Shown piece after piece: positions 1-13,201 of a DNA stretch of 64,000 nt (position 1 is its first letter; each line of letters starts with the position of its first letter). This stretch comes from Phoronis australis (lineage: Eukaryota > Animalia > Phoronida). The stretch lies in NCBI GenBank assembly GCA_002633005.1, contig NMRA01000050.1, forward strand, positions 805,820 through 869,819. Reading direction: 5' to 3'. The notes beneath the pieces are model-generated. The model searched no databases, was not told the origin of the DNA, and saw nothing but the letters and a program-made list of their open reading frames with translations. The position numbers and the translations under genes are program-made.

Positions 1-1210
1 TGAGAGCTTCAGCAGGACGGGTAGGTGGCCACTTCGTCCTAAGTGGTTTGCTACATTCTTGTCGCATATCTTCTGGATGTCTTCCGTGGCTATGGCGAGG
101 CCTGGAGTTCTTGTCGTCTTCCAGGTTCTTGTCGTCCGGCTTGGTGATTGGATGAGACAGTTGTCGATCATAAAGTCTTCAATTTGTTTTCCTTTAAGAT
201 TCAGGCCCTGATATCCTAAGCTTAGTTGGGGTCTGACAATGTCACCTAGGTTGAATAGGTCTTGGTTAGACAGGGGTGAATTGAGGAGTTGCAGGTGGGC
301 GCTACAAATTGATGATTATAAATTCTCTCCCTTGGGGTACACCTTTCACTGCAATAAATTCATTATCTCATACAGACCTCTCAATCTCTATCGCTGGAAT
401 AGTGCTCCGTGCGAGGGTGATAATGTCTCCCTTGGAACGGTTGATTATATCATGTCGTAACAATTCGTAAACCTTGATGAAGAAGCGATGAGAAACTTTC
501 AGGTGTGGCTCCTGGATACAGATGATGTCCACTTGCTCTCTTCTGAGAAAGTCTTGGAGCTCATATTTCTTCTTGCAAAGACCATCATCGTTCCACTGTG
601 GGAAAACAATCGAAGCAACTGAAGTTTCCAAATGACTATGCTGGCTGGCTAGCATTGATCGTTGCTGCCTTCGGTTGAATCTTGGATTCGTCGCACCAAT
701 ACCTAGAGGTGGTTCTTTTAGAGGCTGAGAACCCGGCGCTGCCACCGCCTGGCGAACCACGGGTTGAGCACCATAACGTTCAATATCTTTTTGCATGGCC
801 ATGATGGGTAAGATACTTGCATGTCTGGTTCTCTTCTGTGAGGCAGGAGACACAGGTACAGAAGGACTGTCCGCTGTCCAAAGCCAACATTCTCCGTCTT
901 CTTGGTGACACATGGATTTATTTTGGAAAGGCCCTTCTCCTAGACTGGTTGATTTCAATGTCTCAGGAGCCAAGTCTGCCCAGCGTTTAATGTCAATAGC
1001 ATGGGCAATGTTTTTACAGGGCAAGGGAGTTGGCCTTACGCCCAACCCTAGTGTAACACTATGGAGTGTTTGGGGGTGTATTTCAACTGATATCTACCTT
1101 TCAACCTGCATGGGTAGCCCTGCCGGAAGTTTTTAAACTCCCGCCGGTAAAGCTCTAGAGGTCAAGGAGATAAGCAAGCTGTTCCAGCACAACAAGGCAT
1201 ACACCTCAGG
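1..1210 (-). mobile_element. 5' part of a decayed non-LTR retrotransposon (Ingi/I- or RTE-like): 5' UTR plus APE endonuclease; continues beyond the window's left edge
   Basis: ORF 368-1045 contains APE N-terminal motifs (QWNDDGL..KK.EL..FL....VDIICIQEPHL). Bases 1-140 on the minus strand read RTWKTTRTPGLAIATEDIQ...GHLPV, a decayed APE C-terminus (PDLA...SDH). The 5' end (cctgaggtgtatgccttgttgtg...gacctctagagc...gggttgggcgtaaggccaactccc) resembles RTE/Ingi 5' UTRs. Confidence 0.8.
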
Positions 1211-1896
1211 AACAGAAGCACGAGTCAAAGCTAGCGTTCCTTGTCTTGATTATGTCCGAAGATCTACCCATTCGTTAAATCGGAGACACACTGTCAGTTC
1301 ATGTGTTGCAGCAACGGATTTTTGTGAAATCATCCAAATTGGCAATTACTTGAACGACCATGAATATGAAAGCTCTGAAAAAGTCTGAAATGTAACGGAA
1401 GACTGCACCAAATGAACTTAAAGCTTGTGACTGGACTTTCTTTTTGAAAGGAAAACATATGAGTGATTATGAAAGTTCTAACTCAAAAATCACTTTTGCA
1501 CTTAATGGCCTTTGGCCTGGAAACTCTTGATCTGATTGGAATTTCAAGTAAATTTCTGATGCATATTTCGAGTACGTAATTGTTCACAAAATTCAAAGAG
1601 TTTGTCTAAAAATCCATAGAAGAAGAAGAAGAAGCATTTTGACCGATTGCTCTCTTTGTCCAGTTTCGATTAACTCCTGTACTTTTTGGGTCAAATCACT
1701 AAAATTAGTAAAAAATGGATCGAATACAATGAATATGATTGTAGTTAACAATGATGTAAGGGTAATAGCAATATCAAAAGGAAGGAAGAATAAGAATAAG
1801 AATGAGAAGAAGAAAGCTAGAAGGCGGTTACGTATATCAATGTTTTCGATGTATTTCCAATTAAAATTTAGATGTGGCCACATGTTTTGCCTTTAA

Positions 1897-2046
1897 AGCG
1901 ACGCGAATCTACCTATATTCGCGAAACATACTCAAACAATATCGGGAGCCAACAATGACATGTGTTACCATTGCGTGATAATTCACGTTCACGTCGCTTT
2001 GCAAAACCTCTCTATTTTATGCGAATACAGTGTGATTCGCGTCGCT
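1897..2046. mobile_element. Small MITE-like inverted repeat element flanked by TTAA
   Basis: ttaa|agcgacgcgaat ... attcgcgtcgct|ttaa: 12-bp perfect terminal inverted repeat. Confidence 0.5.
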
Positions 2047-2574
2047 TTAAACGCGATATATGTAGCCCCATTTTGGTAAGACATCGACATGATTTTCATT
2101 TTGATAGGGTTGTCTATCTTTATTCTTTGCTTCAGTATAAAATAAACCAGATTCTTTTGCCCATAAATGTTCTTAAATTTTATTTGCAAGAAAGCACCTT
2201 TTCCAAAATCCCTATTCTGCCGGTGTCAGTTGGATATCATCAAACTGGAATTGTTTTTTAACAGATCTACTTTGTGTCGTTAATTCTCACGTGCTTAATT
2301 TAAATTTATTTGCTTATTTTAAACGATAAACAAATTTCGCATTCTAAAAAGTGACAATATCTCACAAGGAATCATAGAAACGATAGTTGCATTGGCAGTC
2401 AGTTTTATAGTTTTTTTGTAAATTAGCTGACATGTACTTGGCCTGCAAAATTAGACATCCTGAGCTCAGTTATTCAGTTCACTTTTACTTTCACGTTCAA
2501 GTACATGTAAACATGTATATGTAGCTGTTGCGAAACACATTTTTGCTACTGTAATGTGAATCGGCACGCGCAAT

Positions 2575-5500
2575 GGGGCTATTCAGAAAATCTACAATAA
2601 CTAGAGGGCGCGCGTGTACTAGTGGTGATACATGTAGATTAACAGCCTCGATTTCGCAAGCCCTTTAAATACATGGTGAAATGTCTTGCAGCCGTGCCAA
2701 CTGAATCTGAGATTGCGTGAAAAGGGTGCTTCTATGAGAAGAAGTAAGCACGACCTTATACAAAGGTAAGGTTTGTGATTATTTTAACGATTATTCCATG
2801 GCTATTCTACCAATGCCTGTTAACTGCGGTACTCGCCGATGTCGACTTCGCGGCAGTCGCGAGTCGGGTTAATCTTTGTTTGTTGTGATATGTGATACGA
2901 TACATGACGTAGCAATCGGGATCTTTTCGTACATCAAAGCATTATTATTGTTTGGAATGATTTCTAACAGTTTATCAGTGACAGTTACATCAATCAATGC
3001 TGATTGTTTATGCTGTCAACTCGATACAGGTTAATGAGTTAAGATTACAATCCAAGCCCACTGGCAAAGCGGGGTACATGACAAATATCCATAGCATTAG
3101 ACTATTTGTTTACTCCCTATCATATGTCTTCTGGAAATCTATTACACGTTGAAATGGAAATCTATCACGTCTGTTTTCACGTAACCTTTGGTTTTTAGGT
3201 TTGAGTGCTTGTACCGTGCAGAGGAGATATGCATCGCTTCTGCACCGTCCCTGAATGGACGAAAATTGGTTTTTAGCATTTGACTGCAGCTAACCAACAA
3301 GATCTTCCCATCCAGTGTAGATCTGTTGTCAAAGCCTACTTTTAGTATTGGAGACAACGAATAAAGCCTTTGAAAAGGAACAGCTATTTTTAAAGAAAGG
3401 TATGTAAGTCATTTTGTAAATTTACTTATTCAGGTCCTTAGCTGGGGTAGGCATGGGGGGTTGGGGTTGTAATATTTGGTACAACTGAATGTGTGAAAAT
3501 TGCAGGTAATACATGTTTGGGGAAAAGAGCATGGTCAGGTAATTCTTAACCTTCATGAAGTCCCTTCAAGTTGATTTCTTGAAACTGTTTTGCTACTTGT
3601 ATCAATTGTAAACCCGTGAAAATATATTACATTTTCTGAATTCACAGTGACTGAATAGTCTTAACTCATGCCTTGAAATGCTGCAAGTCGTTATAAATTC
3701 AAATGACTGCCATTTTTGTGAAAATTGCATTTTTTATGGTGCCTTACGATTTGTAACTACTCTTAAACAACAGAAAGATTAATCATCATTTTTAAATGAT
3801 CCAAGTCTTCATATCTTCTATTAGAAGAAAAATTAAAAGTCTGAGAAACGGTTCCCAAAACCTTAGACTAGAAGTATTCTTGACAGACCCATGAACCTGT
3901 AATCGGAGTTTAAAATTGCTGAAAGTATCAAAATAAAAAAGGCTTGAAAATGGGCAACAAAGGTTTGAAATTGTCTCAAAAAATTTGTATATTTTGCAGA
4001 AAATTGACGCGTTTAAAGAATTGTTATGGCTAGGAATAAAAATAGGCACAGTTTTATGCAAAACTTATTATATACACCCTTGGTTTCTGAACATAGAAAT
4101 TATTTAATTTTATGTGAAACTGTAGAGCAGTCACCATATACTTTTGAAAAACAGGGATAACATTTTTGATCCAATCTGGAGTACTTAATTATTCAATATT
4201 TGTTCCAGGTTCAGTGACATGTTAAAGCCTCTTCAATCTGTATCATAAACAAGCATTGTTACTCCGTTCTCTTCCCACAGCACTTCCACACACCAGCAGT
4301 GCTGCATGGCACAATGTACAAGCCAGTGGCCCTGGAGAAATGTGAATCGCAGTACTAAGTTACCATAAGACAATGTGCCAGTGGACTGTCTGTGTATTCA
4401 GACGAACTATACTTGACTGCTACACAAGTAAGCCTTGTTGGTGAGGATACCTTTTCATAGGCAATGAGTCATGTGTGGACAATAGCTTATTTCCTTTCCT
4501 GGAAGAAACATGAGGGACTAAAGCTAAAGAAGACCTAGTGACACTCAAGGTCTGATTTTGGGCTCAAAACGATTCAAGTGATATGCTGCTGTGTTTACCT
4601 TCAAGGGTTTAATTGCGGCTGTTATTGAGGCTGAAAGAGGTTACAGGAAAGAAAGCCACGTGTCGAAACTGGACCTTTTTTACAAGCGCTTCTATAGGCC
4701 ATTGAAACTAGATCCCAATGACATGAAAGCCAAATGCTGAGTGATATAAATTTTCCTTTCACACGAAAGGCTTTATACTATTGGTAAAACCTTTTCAATT
4801 TGGTACACATCATGGGGAAATGACATTCAGTGACTGCATCGGTTGTCTTATTGTATGTTTTCAATTGTAGCTAGCTGGATAAGATTCGAGAATAAACGAT
4901 TATCAGTGTATTTAAAAACAAATGGCCAATTGAAAAAGCACAGAAAGAAACAACATTGCGACAGAGTCCATAAACAGGCATATCAAGTGCTAATTTCTGA
5001 ATTAGGTTCAATTCTTTCAGGTTATTGCTGAAGGATTGCTTTTCACTTTGTCCAAAGTTAAAATAGATGGTCGGGCGGTTGGTTTCAGTTGTTTTCTCTC
5101 ATCTGTGTCAGAATAGTCGGAGAAATATTAGCAAATTGTAAAGGAAAAGACAAGACAAAACTACTTTTGTAAGGCTAAAAGTGATTTAACAATGTGAATT
5201 TTTTATGACACTTAAAATTCATTCTAGGTGTCAATTTTTTTCCAATGCAATGTTACGACATTTACTGAATTAAGGCTTATTCATGTTAATTCGATAACTG
5301 ATCTGGTAGTCCTGGGGGTGGGGTCCGCGATAAAATAAGGAAACTCACTCATCTAGAGAATTTTATTGGAAACAGCATACTGTAGTTTTGAAGAGAAACT
5401 GCTGTGAAAAAGTCGCCCTTGACTTCTGTGCATCACGTACCATACACCTCTTATTTTGGGAGCACTCCCATCCTGGACAATATGAATATTTGCTGCTAGC

Positions 5501-5959
5501 CTACCCGGCATCGGGTGAGTTTCCTAAAAGAAACACTTAGTTCCACTCAATAAAACGGTTATTCAGTGGGGTAACTGGTGGGGATAACATCACCGAACGA
5601 TGTTGATAGAAACTTGATTGTTAAAAACTTACCAAGTTATGTTGTGTAGTCTCCGAATGGAACTGCATAGTCAAAGAGCACACACGGGGCTTCAGCATCC
5701 ACACACTTTTTTCAGTTAGTTGACCCTTTTGACCGCAATTGTCCACGAATATAGTAACCTTAGGTCTTTTTGGAATTTGTGGCCACCTTTCGAAAACTTG
5801 CACCAGGGAAATTAGCAGTAATAAGGCTTAGCGCGACGACGTATTTTGATAACAATTCCATCTTTTACGAGTTGTTTACATGCAGACAGCCACGCATGCG
5901 CAATTCAATCACCACTAGTACAGCAGCGACACCGCGAGGAGAATTCTCCGAATAGCCCC
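2575..5959. mobile_element. Degenerate ISL2EU-type (PIF/Harbinger-related) DNA transposon: YqaJ/lambda-exonuclease remnant on +, THAP/DDE remnant on -
   Basis: TIR ggggctattc.ga.aat at 2575 and its reverse complement ending at 5959. Plus strand: SAP-like LRLREKGASMRRSKHDLIQR|gtaag (~2700-2765), YqaJ-like SGL.V..DELYL.AT...LVGED (~4370-4450) and KLDLFYKRFYRP (~4670-4710). Minus strand: THAP-like PRVCSL (~5680) and CTEV (~5425, cf. IIDCTE). Confidence 0.6.
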
Positions 5960-6023
5960 TTTAAGTATGCGTGATACTTCTCGTTCATGTCACTTTGCGA
6001 AACTCTGATATAAATAAACTTAC

Positions 6024-6347
6024 CACGTACGTGAATTGAGATATTTTGTGCCAAAGTGGCATTTTGGAGTTCAACGTAACTCGCCATGCACACTAGTATA
6101 GCCTTATTTAGAGTTCGGTTTGATGTGAAAGCGATACTTCGCTTGAGCAGGGCTCGACCATCCACTTTTGGTTCTCGCACAATTGGCGTGCTTTGGTTGA
6201 ATAAATCTTTATCGTATGTCCACCTGAGCGAGACATTTCCGACCATGTCGTTTGTGATGCATGTGACATGGACAGGTACACCAGCAGCCACAAGTAGCAT
6301 GTTGAAGCCGTCGCTGAACAGTCCGATAGTTGTCGTAACGGTTAGGT
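6024..6347 (-). CDS. Internal exon (324 bp, phase 1-1) encoding an Ig-like domain of the kringle/FTP/Ig mosaic gene
   Basis: Open frame DLTVTT...VHVTCITNDMVGNVSLRWT...AILVCMASY...NISIHVR shows the Ig Cys-Trp-Cys pattern. Acceptor ttccttactcag and donor gtaagt; N-glycosylation sequons present. Confidence 0.85.
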
Positions 6348-6479
6348 CTGAGTAAGGAAAATAAATGCAACAATTTACAGCCCACTGCGAGGGTTCACTA
6401 AATCCGAAGGTCAACTACTCCAAAACACATAAAATCTCGCACTCTGGTCTAGTATTAGACTTGGTACAAAGGTGTATAC

Positions 6480-7200
6480 TAAATATACAGCTTTGCACCG
6501 ATGTGGGTAAAAAGTGGTAAAATAAAACCTGACACAAAAAGTGTCATTAAAACCTACAGTCTTCCTTGAGTAAACTAAATTATTTAACGGTGTTGAAAAA
6601 ATGGCGCTCTACCGTTATTCTGCTGCTAAAGGGTGGAGCAATCCTTGGCGACGGCTTTCGGCGCCACGAAATATTGCGTCACCTATTGGCCAGTTTCTTT
6701 TTTCGCCGATTCTTCAATCAACTGTTGTTCTTTCCCGAGGTTGCGTACATGTCACAACAAATTAGCGGAAATGGTTTCACTTCATTATAAGTTTTTAGAA
6801 TTTTGATACCGCAAAACCGAATTTCAGAAGAAATTTTGCTGCTGCCAAGCTATCATCTCCCGAGAGATGTCGCAAAAATTTAGGAAATGGCGCGTTCGCG
6901 TGACACGAGCTTATTCGTTTCAATACGACGACATACTTTTCATTGTTAGAAAATGACGTTTATTGCATTGTATTACACTTAAACGGCTGTAACGGGTAAG
7001 GTAAGTGTCGATTGATTCCCAGATTTTGCATGCACCCCGTCCGGTCTTTAGTTTTACATGTTGATACAAGTTTCACAGCGAGGTGACGAGCAGAATTACC
7101 CTGGCTGTGTGCAATTTCGGGGTCTACTGAAGAAATGCACACAATGGTACCTAGTTGTATTTTGACAACAGTCTTCATATAGCTATCTGGCTGGCTAGTC
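6480..7200. repeat. Interspersed repeat; an inverted copy lies at ~51075-51812
   Basis: Long collinear similarity in reverse complement, e.g. agctttgcaccgatgtgggtaaaaagtgg, ggccagtttctttttt and gattttgcatgcaccccgtccggtcttta. Confidence 0.8.
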
Positions 7201-9519
7201 TAGTATGTATATGACTACAAACAAAAATAAACGGTACTTCGTTAATTAGACGCAGTGGTGTACTTTCCGAGAACAACGCCTGGTACTTATGCACTTTGTT
7301 TGAGCTTCCCAGGCATCGAAATTGGGCTTCAGAACATTTCATATGGATATGGAAAAACGAGAATATGAACGAGATATTCACCAAATCGTACCGCTTTACA
7401 ATGCGAAAGAAAAAATTACCCGCTGCGCCTCAACCTCATCCACCGAACAAGAACAACTCACATAGCCGGGTCTAAACTACAGTGGGCTACACTGTCCGTT
7501 CCAGTCTTCCCAGGTTTCAGTTAGCTGACATGGAAAGAACACCAAACAATTTAACTAAATTAAGTTAACACTTTTTTATGCCAAATAGCCACGAATTTTT
7601 AGATTGAAGAAAAATTAGTTATTTCAAAGTTTGCCACAAATGATGTAATGTATGGAAGACGTCTGGCCTCTGCAATCAATTGAATTGGCGGAACAAAGCA
7701 GATCAGAAGGTGAGGACAGTTTTGGCCGAGAACTGGACAATTATTATGGAAACAGAGAGGCTAGAGAATTCTGACATCCCACTCGAGTGCTTGATGGATC
7801 AGACACCGAATCCGATTTCCCACTTAGCGAACCTTCATTCGCTTTAAGGCTGTACGAACTCGACCCACTTGCACGAGAATATCTGCTGCTGCAGACATAC
7901 ATGTATGTGAGTCACCACCATTTGAACTAAGGGGTTACCGATGTTCACAAAATACACTTAATAATCACACATTTGAAGATCCAAAAATGACAGTCAGAGT
8001 AACTACACAAACTTCGGAACAGTTACGCCAAAACAAAGCTATGTATACCTAATGCAGTACATTTCCATCAATTAATAATTGAAACCAAAGCCTGGTCTGT
8101 CAGAACCAGCTGCACCATTTCGAAAATCCAAAAACAGTCGCCAAGCAAATACTGTAAATTATCCTATCAATTGCTTCTCCAGTATCACAAAAGCTGCACA
8201 AAACATATACCAGGACGGAATAAATAATTGAAATATTTAGGCTGGCTTTTCACAGGTGTAGCATGAATACCAATACACGTAGCGTAGTTCTACAAATCCA
8301 ATAAGGGTTGTCACGACAGTGGATATCACAAGCAATCAAGGCATGCCCTGAGGCATTACTTTAGTGAATACAGTGTTTTTATGGATAAAAGCGTATGATT
8401 CTTGGCGTTAAGCTTGCATTTTTTCCAAGACATGTTGTATTCTATTGTAAAAGAGATGTTCATAATTTGTTGATTGTGTCTCAAACAACATTTCCTGCAA
8501 CAAAGCGTCCTGGCTTCGTCTCACTTTTGTTTTAGTGCATCCGCAGTTAACACGGTAGTAGTAAGAGTCATATTGTAAAGTTTGTTTTTTTGAAAAATGT
8601 AGAAACAGTTCCATGGCGCAGATTTAAATCGGCTAACATTTTCAGAAAAAGTATCAAATGATTAGGCACAAAAAGGCTAAACTTCTTTCAAAAATAAATA
8701 ACCTATAAAATAAATCTGAAACTAAATAAGGCGATCCAGATCCTCCCAAGTATACTATTGTTTCACGAAATGTAGAATATAAATAGGTAAATAAAACAAC
8801 AAGAATGGATCAACTGAAAGTTTCTAATATAATAACTTCATTTGTCAACAGAAACAGAAATAAAGTAAAATCAAACACTATATGTCAATTGTCATATAGT
8901 GTTTGCTTTTACTTGATTTCTGTTTCTGTTCACAAAGGAAGTTGTTACATCCGAAAATTTCAGTTGATCCATTCTTGTTGTTTTATTTACCTATTTATAT
9001 TCAAAAATAAACAACTGCTATTTCCAAATCCATTTTTATTGTTCCCAAGCATGACAAGCTCCAGCACTTGAACTTCATACACGAAGTTATGAATAAATGT
9101 ATTGATACAATTGCCATTCGATTTTAATACTTTGTTATTCGGGATGTGATAATCGTGCTGTTCTTGGGAATAATTTCACTTTCAAATTAAGAGATTGTCT
9201 CATGTGCCTTTAAAGAATAAAATGCCTAGCTCACAAATTCTCAAGGTGCTAGATTAAAATGGATGATTTCGTAAAAACAGTAAGCTCAATAAATAGCTCT
9301 GATGGTTTAACTTTTGTTGTCACAAAACGTTTTCGTTTGCATTGATTCGCACGCTAAAAGTTATACATCTGATCAGATCACCATGGAATGTTCTCACAAT
9401 TAATATGAATCACAATGGATTGTGGCAGGAATTGCATAAATTGGGTGTACCCGCTTGAACGTTAAATGGAATTCAAGTAATTTATAAATCCAAGAGGCTG
9501 AGAATGTGTTTGTTTTATA

Positions 9520-10200
9520 ATGTATTGTATTGTATTGTACTATATTGTGTTGTATCCTTCGATGTATCTATGTTACTACGATACACAATAATGAACGTTT
9601 CTCAAGTAAATCTCCAAGCCTGTTGTTTTTCGTCAAAATCAGTTTCAGTCAGTTGTTTGTGTATGATAATGGTCCCAGTTGTTACGCAGTTTTGGTGAAC
9701 GTTGTTTCTTGAGTTTAACGGCATTCGTTGAAAAGATCTGTAGAGCGAATCATGCATTGTCTCGGATGCTGGAATTTTCTGTATATGTGTTTCAGCATAG
9801 CATGTTGTATCTCATGTGTGTCTAAGTAGCTGAGTATAAAGCGTGCGTAAGATGTTGTTTAACGTATAGTCATAGTTTCATTCGGCTGCTTATTTGTCGT
9901 ATTTGTCGCGCGGTACCAGGTTCATAGGATAAATAGTTACGGGTTGCAGTTCGGCAGTTGTTTAAGTATCATAACGGTTCCCAGTTATGTAATTGTACGG
10001 GTCCAATTAACTGTGTATCTTTGGTGTTTGGACTGTATTATAGTGTCATGGTAGCAGTTCTTTCTAGAGCCCTGGTATTTGGTGTTTGTTAGTTGTTTGC
10101 GCTTGCTTGCCGAAAACTCACGCTACGCTTTTGTCTTTGTTGCTGAAAACCGATTGTTCGGCATCACCTCTTCATCGCTTGACACCGCTTGTACATGTAA
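9520..10200 (-). mobile_element. Highly decayed 3' fragment of a CR1/L2-like LINE with (ATACA)n tail
   Basis: (tgtat)n microsatellite at ~9520-9555 where a minus-strand 3' tail would sit. Weak resemblance upstream to the post-RT 'RP.LEY...W.P' region. Confidence 0.4.
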
Positions 10201-11812
10201 CTTTTTCGCTTGTAATCGTTAGTTCATATCGCAGTGGGTGACTGTATTCTGTTTTCGTCCTTGTAGCCGTACGCAGCTAGAAACGCCTTTGAAATATGCA
10301 GTTTTCATCATGCTCCACACACCATTAGGGTGTAAGGAACGGAAATCATATCGACACCCTAAATTTCAGTTGCCTCCGTTCTAAGATGGCGGATGCGTCG
10401 ACTGTAATGTCGAGCTACCCCATTTTTGCAAAACATATTTTATCCATCAGAAGATGCGATATGAAGGCGATGAAGTTTGATTTGGATGCGTTTTACTCCT
10501 ACGTTGTTTGTGCACATTTGAAGAAATTCACATGAAATCTAATGCCAATATAGCACCTCTGGCCGCAGTTTTGTTTCCTTCGTTTGACTTACGGGAGCTT
10601 TCTCAATGAATTGAACTAACATTACAAAAATGGGCCTTTGAATTCTCTAAGAAATTCTTTATCAAATGAGTTGCAATTTTTTTCTCCTACTCTTTCGGAT
10701 TTTCAGATATTTTGAGTTTCATTGATCAAAATGATACGAAATAAAAACAAAGAATTTGGTCATTGTTTGCGCGCTGCTTGTTACATGTATATTTCTCATT
10801 TGATTGACGTGGAATTTACACATGACATGTGACTTCTCAATATTTCAATTCAAAATATTTTTTTAAATCATGTGCATGGTGGCTGCAGTGGTTATTTTCA
10901 ATTTGGCGCTTTAAAGAACTCTAGCTCTGTGGCCCTTCATTGTTCAATCACCGTTTTAATAAAAATGAATCAATAGTATTGAGGGTGAATTCCAAATCCT
11001 TTTTGCTTGAAATACTCCCACTAAAATTAGCTCATAGTTCTAAAAGCACCCTTCCACATTTACACTGCTGAAACTCATGATAAAACGTGAGAATGAAGAA
11101 CGTGTTCACCTTTGTAAATGAGTTTTCTCAACAAGTTCCTGAGACATGCTTAAACACTTTACATTTTTTCTGCAATCATGACCTTTAACAAAATATCACT
11201 GATTTGATTTGACTCGATAAATAAGTACAACCCAACCTTTTACAAATATCTTCTTTCATTATTATTATCTTTAATAGCATCTCACACAGAATATTAAAAA
11301 TTGTGTAACATGACTGGTCGACAAGACATGTGGCTGATGTAAAATTGATCTACGTGACAACCAAAAGCACTTTCTTGTCCCTGTACTACAATACTAGTTG
11401 ACACTAAAAAGACCTTATTGATGTAGTTAATTTGCGCACGTGGATGTGTTTTTCCTCAATATCACGTGAGCTGTGAAAAAGCTTTACAGAGCACTTCATC
11501 TTACCATGGGAGATAATCTGCCGTTGTAAATAATTGCAGTTGCAAAAGAAATCCGCCAGATTGATTATGCGTTTGCAGGGACGTCACAACAGTGACTATG
11601 GTGACAGTGGCCTGAGTACTTTGTCGGGACTGCGCTCAACTGCTCACCTTACTAAGTTACGCAGAAGCTCACGTGTGCACTTAGCCAGAAAAAGCTATAA
11701 AGTAAAGTGTGCAACAGTTGCAGCAAACTGAAACCAGCCGCAGAATGAGGGCGCTTTAGTAAACAATAAAGCCTGCTACTGAATGAGGGTGCTGTAGTAG
11801 CGGTAAATGCAG

Positions 11813-11870
11813 CAGCCTCGTACCCAAGCCTCAAGATGGCGCTGATCGGTTTAGCCATGTGAGGCTTAGA
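11813..11870 (-). repeat. ~55-bp hairpin repeat (aagcctcaa...ttgaggctt); related copies at 14680-14735 and 57097-57147
   Basis: Near-identical core atggctaaacc(g/c)atcagcgccatctt in three places, each able to form a stem-loop. Confidence 0.75.
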
Positions 11871-12426
11871 GTTAGGAGAAATCTACTTGTCGGAACTTTG
11901 ACACGTTGCAGGAATATTATGCGTGATATCACTTCTGAAATTTGCTGTAGTATAAACAAAAACCGGTATTCATGCAGCAACTTAGGATTTAAACATTGAA
12001 AAAATGACATGTATTTGAATTCAAAAGCAGGATAGTTTCCATGGTGCTTTCAAAATAGCAGAACTGACAATAAGTACGCGAGCACCATGTATTTCAAACA
12101 ATAACAAAAACAAAAACAGTATCTTTGGATTCCGAATCACGAATGGTTTTTTTTTTTTTTACTGTGATATATATTTATTGAAGGATACACAGAACATACA
12201 AAGAAATAATAACAAACCCAGAAACCGCGAAGCATTATATCTGGGTTGTAAACAATTCATAAATGAAACTTATATACATAGAGATATATACAATTAAGTA
12301 GTATCTAAAATAAGTATTCCAATACTTAGACATGCTATTACAGATATATAAAAACAAAAATATTTACAGATTCATGTAGGGAAATCAGATGCAACAATAT
12401 TGATAAACGGTATATAAAAATTTGCT

Positions 12427-13201
12427 NNNNNNNNNNNNNNNNNNNNNNNNNNNNNNNNNNNNNNNNNNNNNNNNNNNNNNNNNNNNNNNNNNNNNNNNNN
12501 NNNNNNNNNNNNNNNNNNNNNNNNNNNNNNNNNNNNNNNNNNNNNNNNNNNNNNNNNNNNNNNNNNNNNNNNNNNNNNNNNNNNNNNNNNNNNNNNNNNN
12601 NNNNNNNNNNNNNNNNNNNNNNNNNNNNNNNNNNNNNNNNNNNNNNNNNNNNNNNNNNNNNNNNNNNNNNNNNNNNNNNNNNNNNNNNNNNNNNNNNNNN
12701 NNNNNNNNNNNNNNNNNNNNNNNNNNNNNNNNNNNNNNNNNNNNNNNNNNNNNNNNNNNNNNNNNNNNNNNNNNNNNNNNNNNNNNNNNNNNNNNNNNNN
12801 NNNNNNNNNNNNNNNNNNNNNNNNNNNNNNNNNNNNNNNNNNNNNNNNNNNNNNNNNNNNNNNNNNNNNNNNNNNNNNNNNNNNNNNNNNNNNNNNNNNN
12901 NNNNNNNNNNNNNNNNNNNNNNNNNNNNNNNNNNNNNNNNNNNNNNNNNNNNNNNNNNNNNNNNNNNNNNNNNNNNNNNNNNNNNNNNNNNNNNNNNNNN
13001 NNNNNNNNNNNNNNNNNNNNNNNNNNNNNNNNNNNNNNNNNNNNNNNNNNNNNNNNNNNNNNNNNNNNNNNNNNNNNNNNNNNNNNNNNNNNNNNNNNNN
13101 NNNNNNNNNNNNNNNNNNNNNNNNNNNNNNNNNNNNNNNNNNNNNNNNNNNNNNNNNNNNNNNNNNNNNNNNNNNNNNNNNNNNNNNNNNNNNNNNNNNN
13201 N
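12427..13201. other. Assembly gap (N run)
   Basis: 775 consecutive N. Confidence 0.99.

Noticed and set aside
1593-1883. Hydrophobic ORF as the transmembrane exon of the mosaic gene
   Set aside because: The hydrophobicity comes from low-complexity (TTC/TTA) sequence; no convincing phase-1 splice pair or basic stop-transfer motif.
7600-8620. Possible piggyBac-like acidic and Cys-rich fragments
   Set aside because: Motifs too weak; no TIR or TTAA boundaries found.
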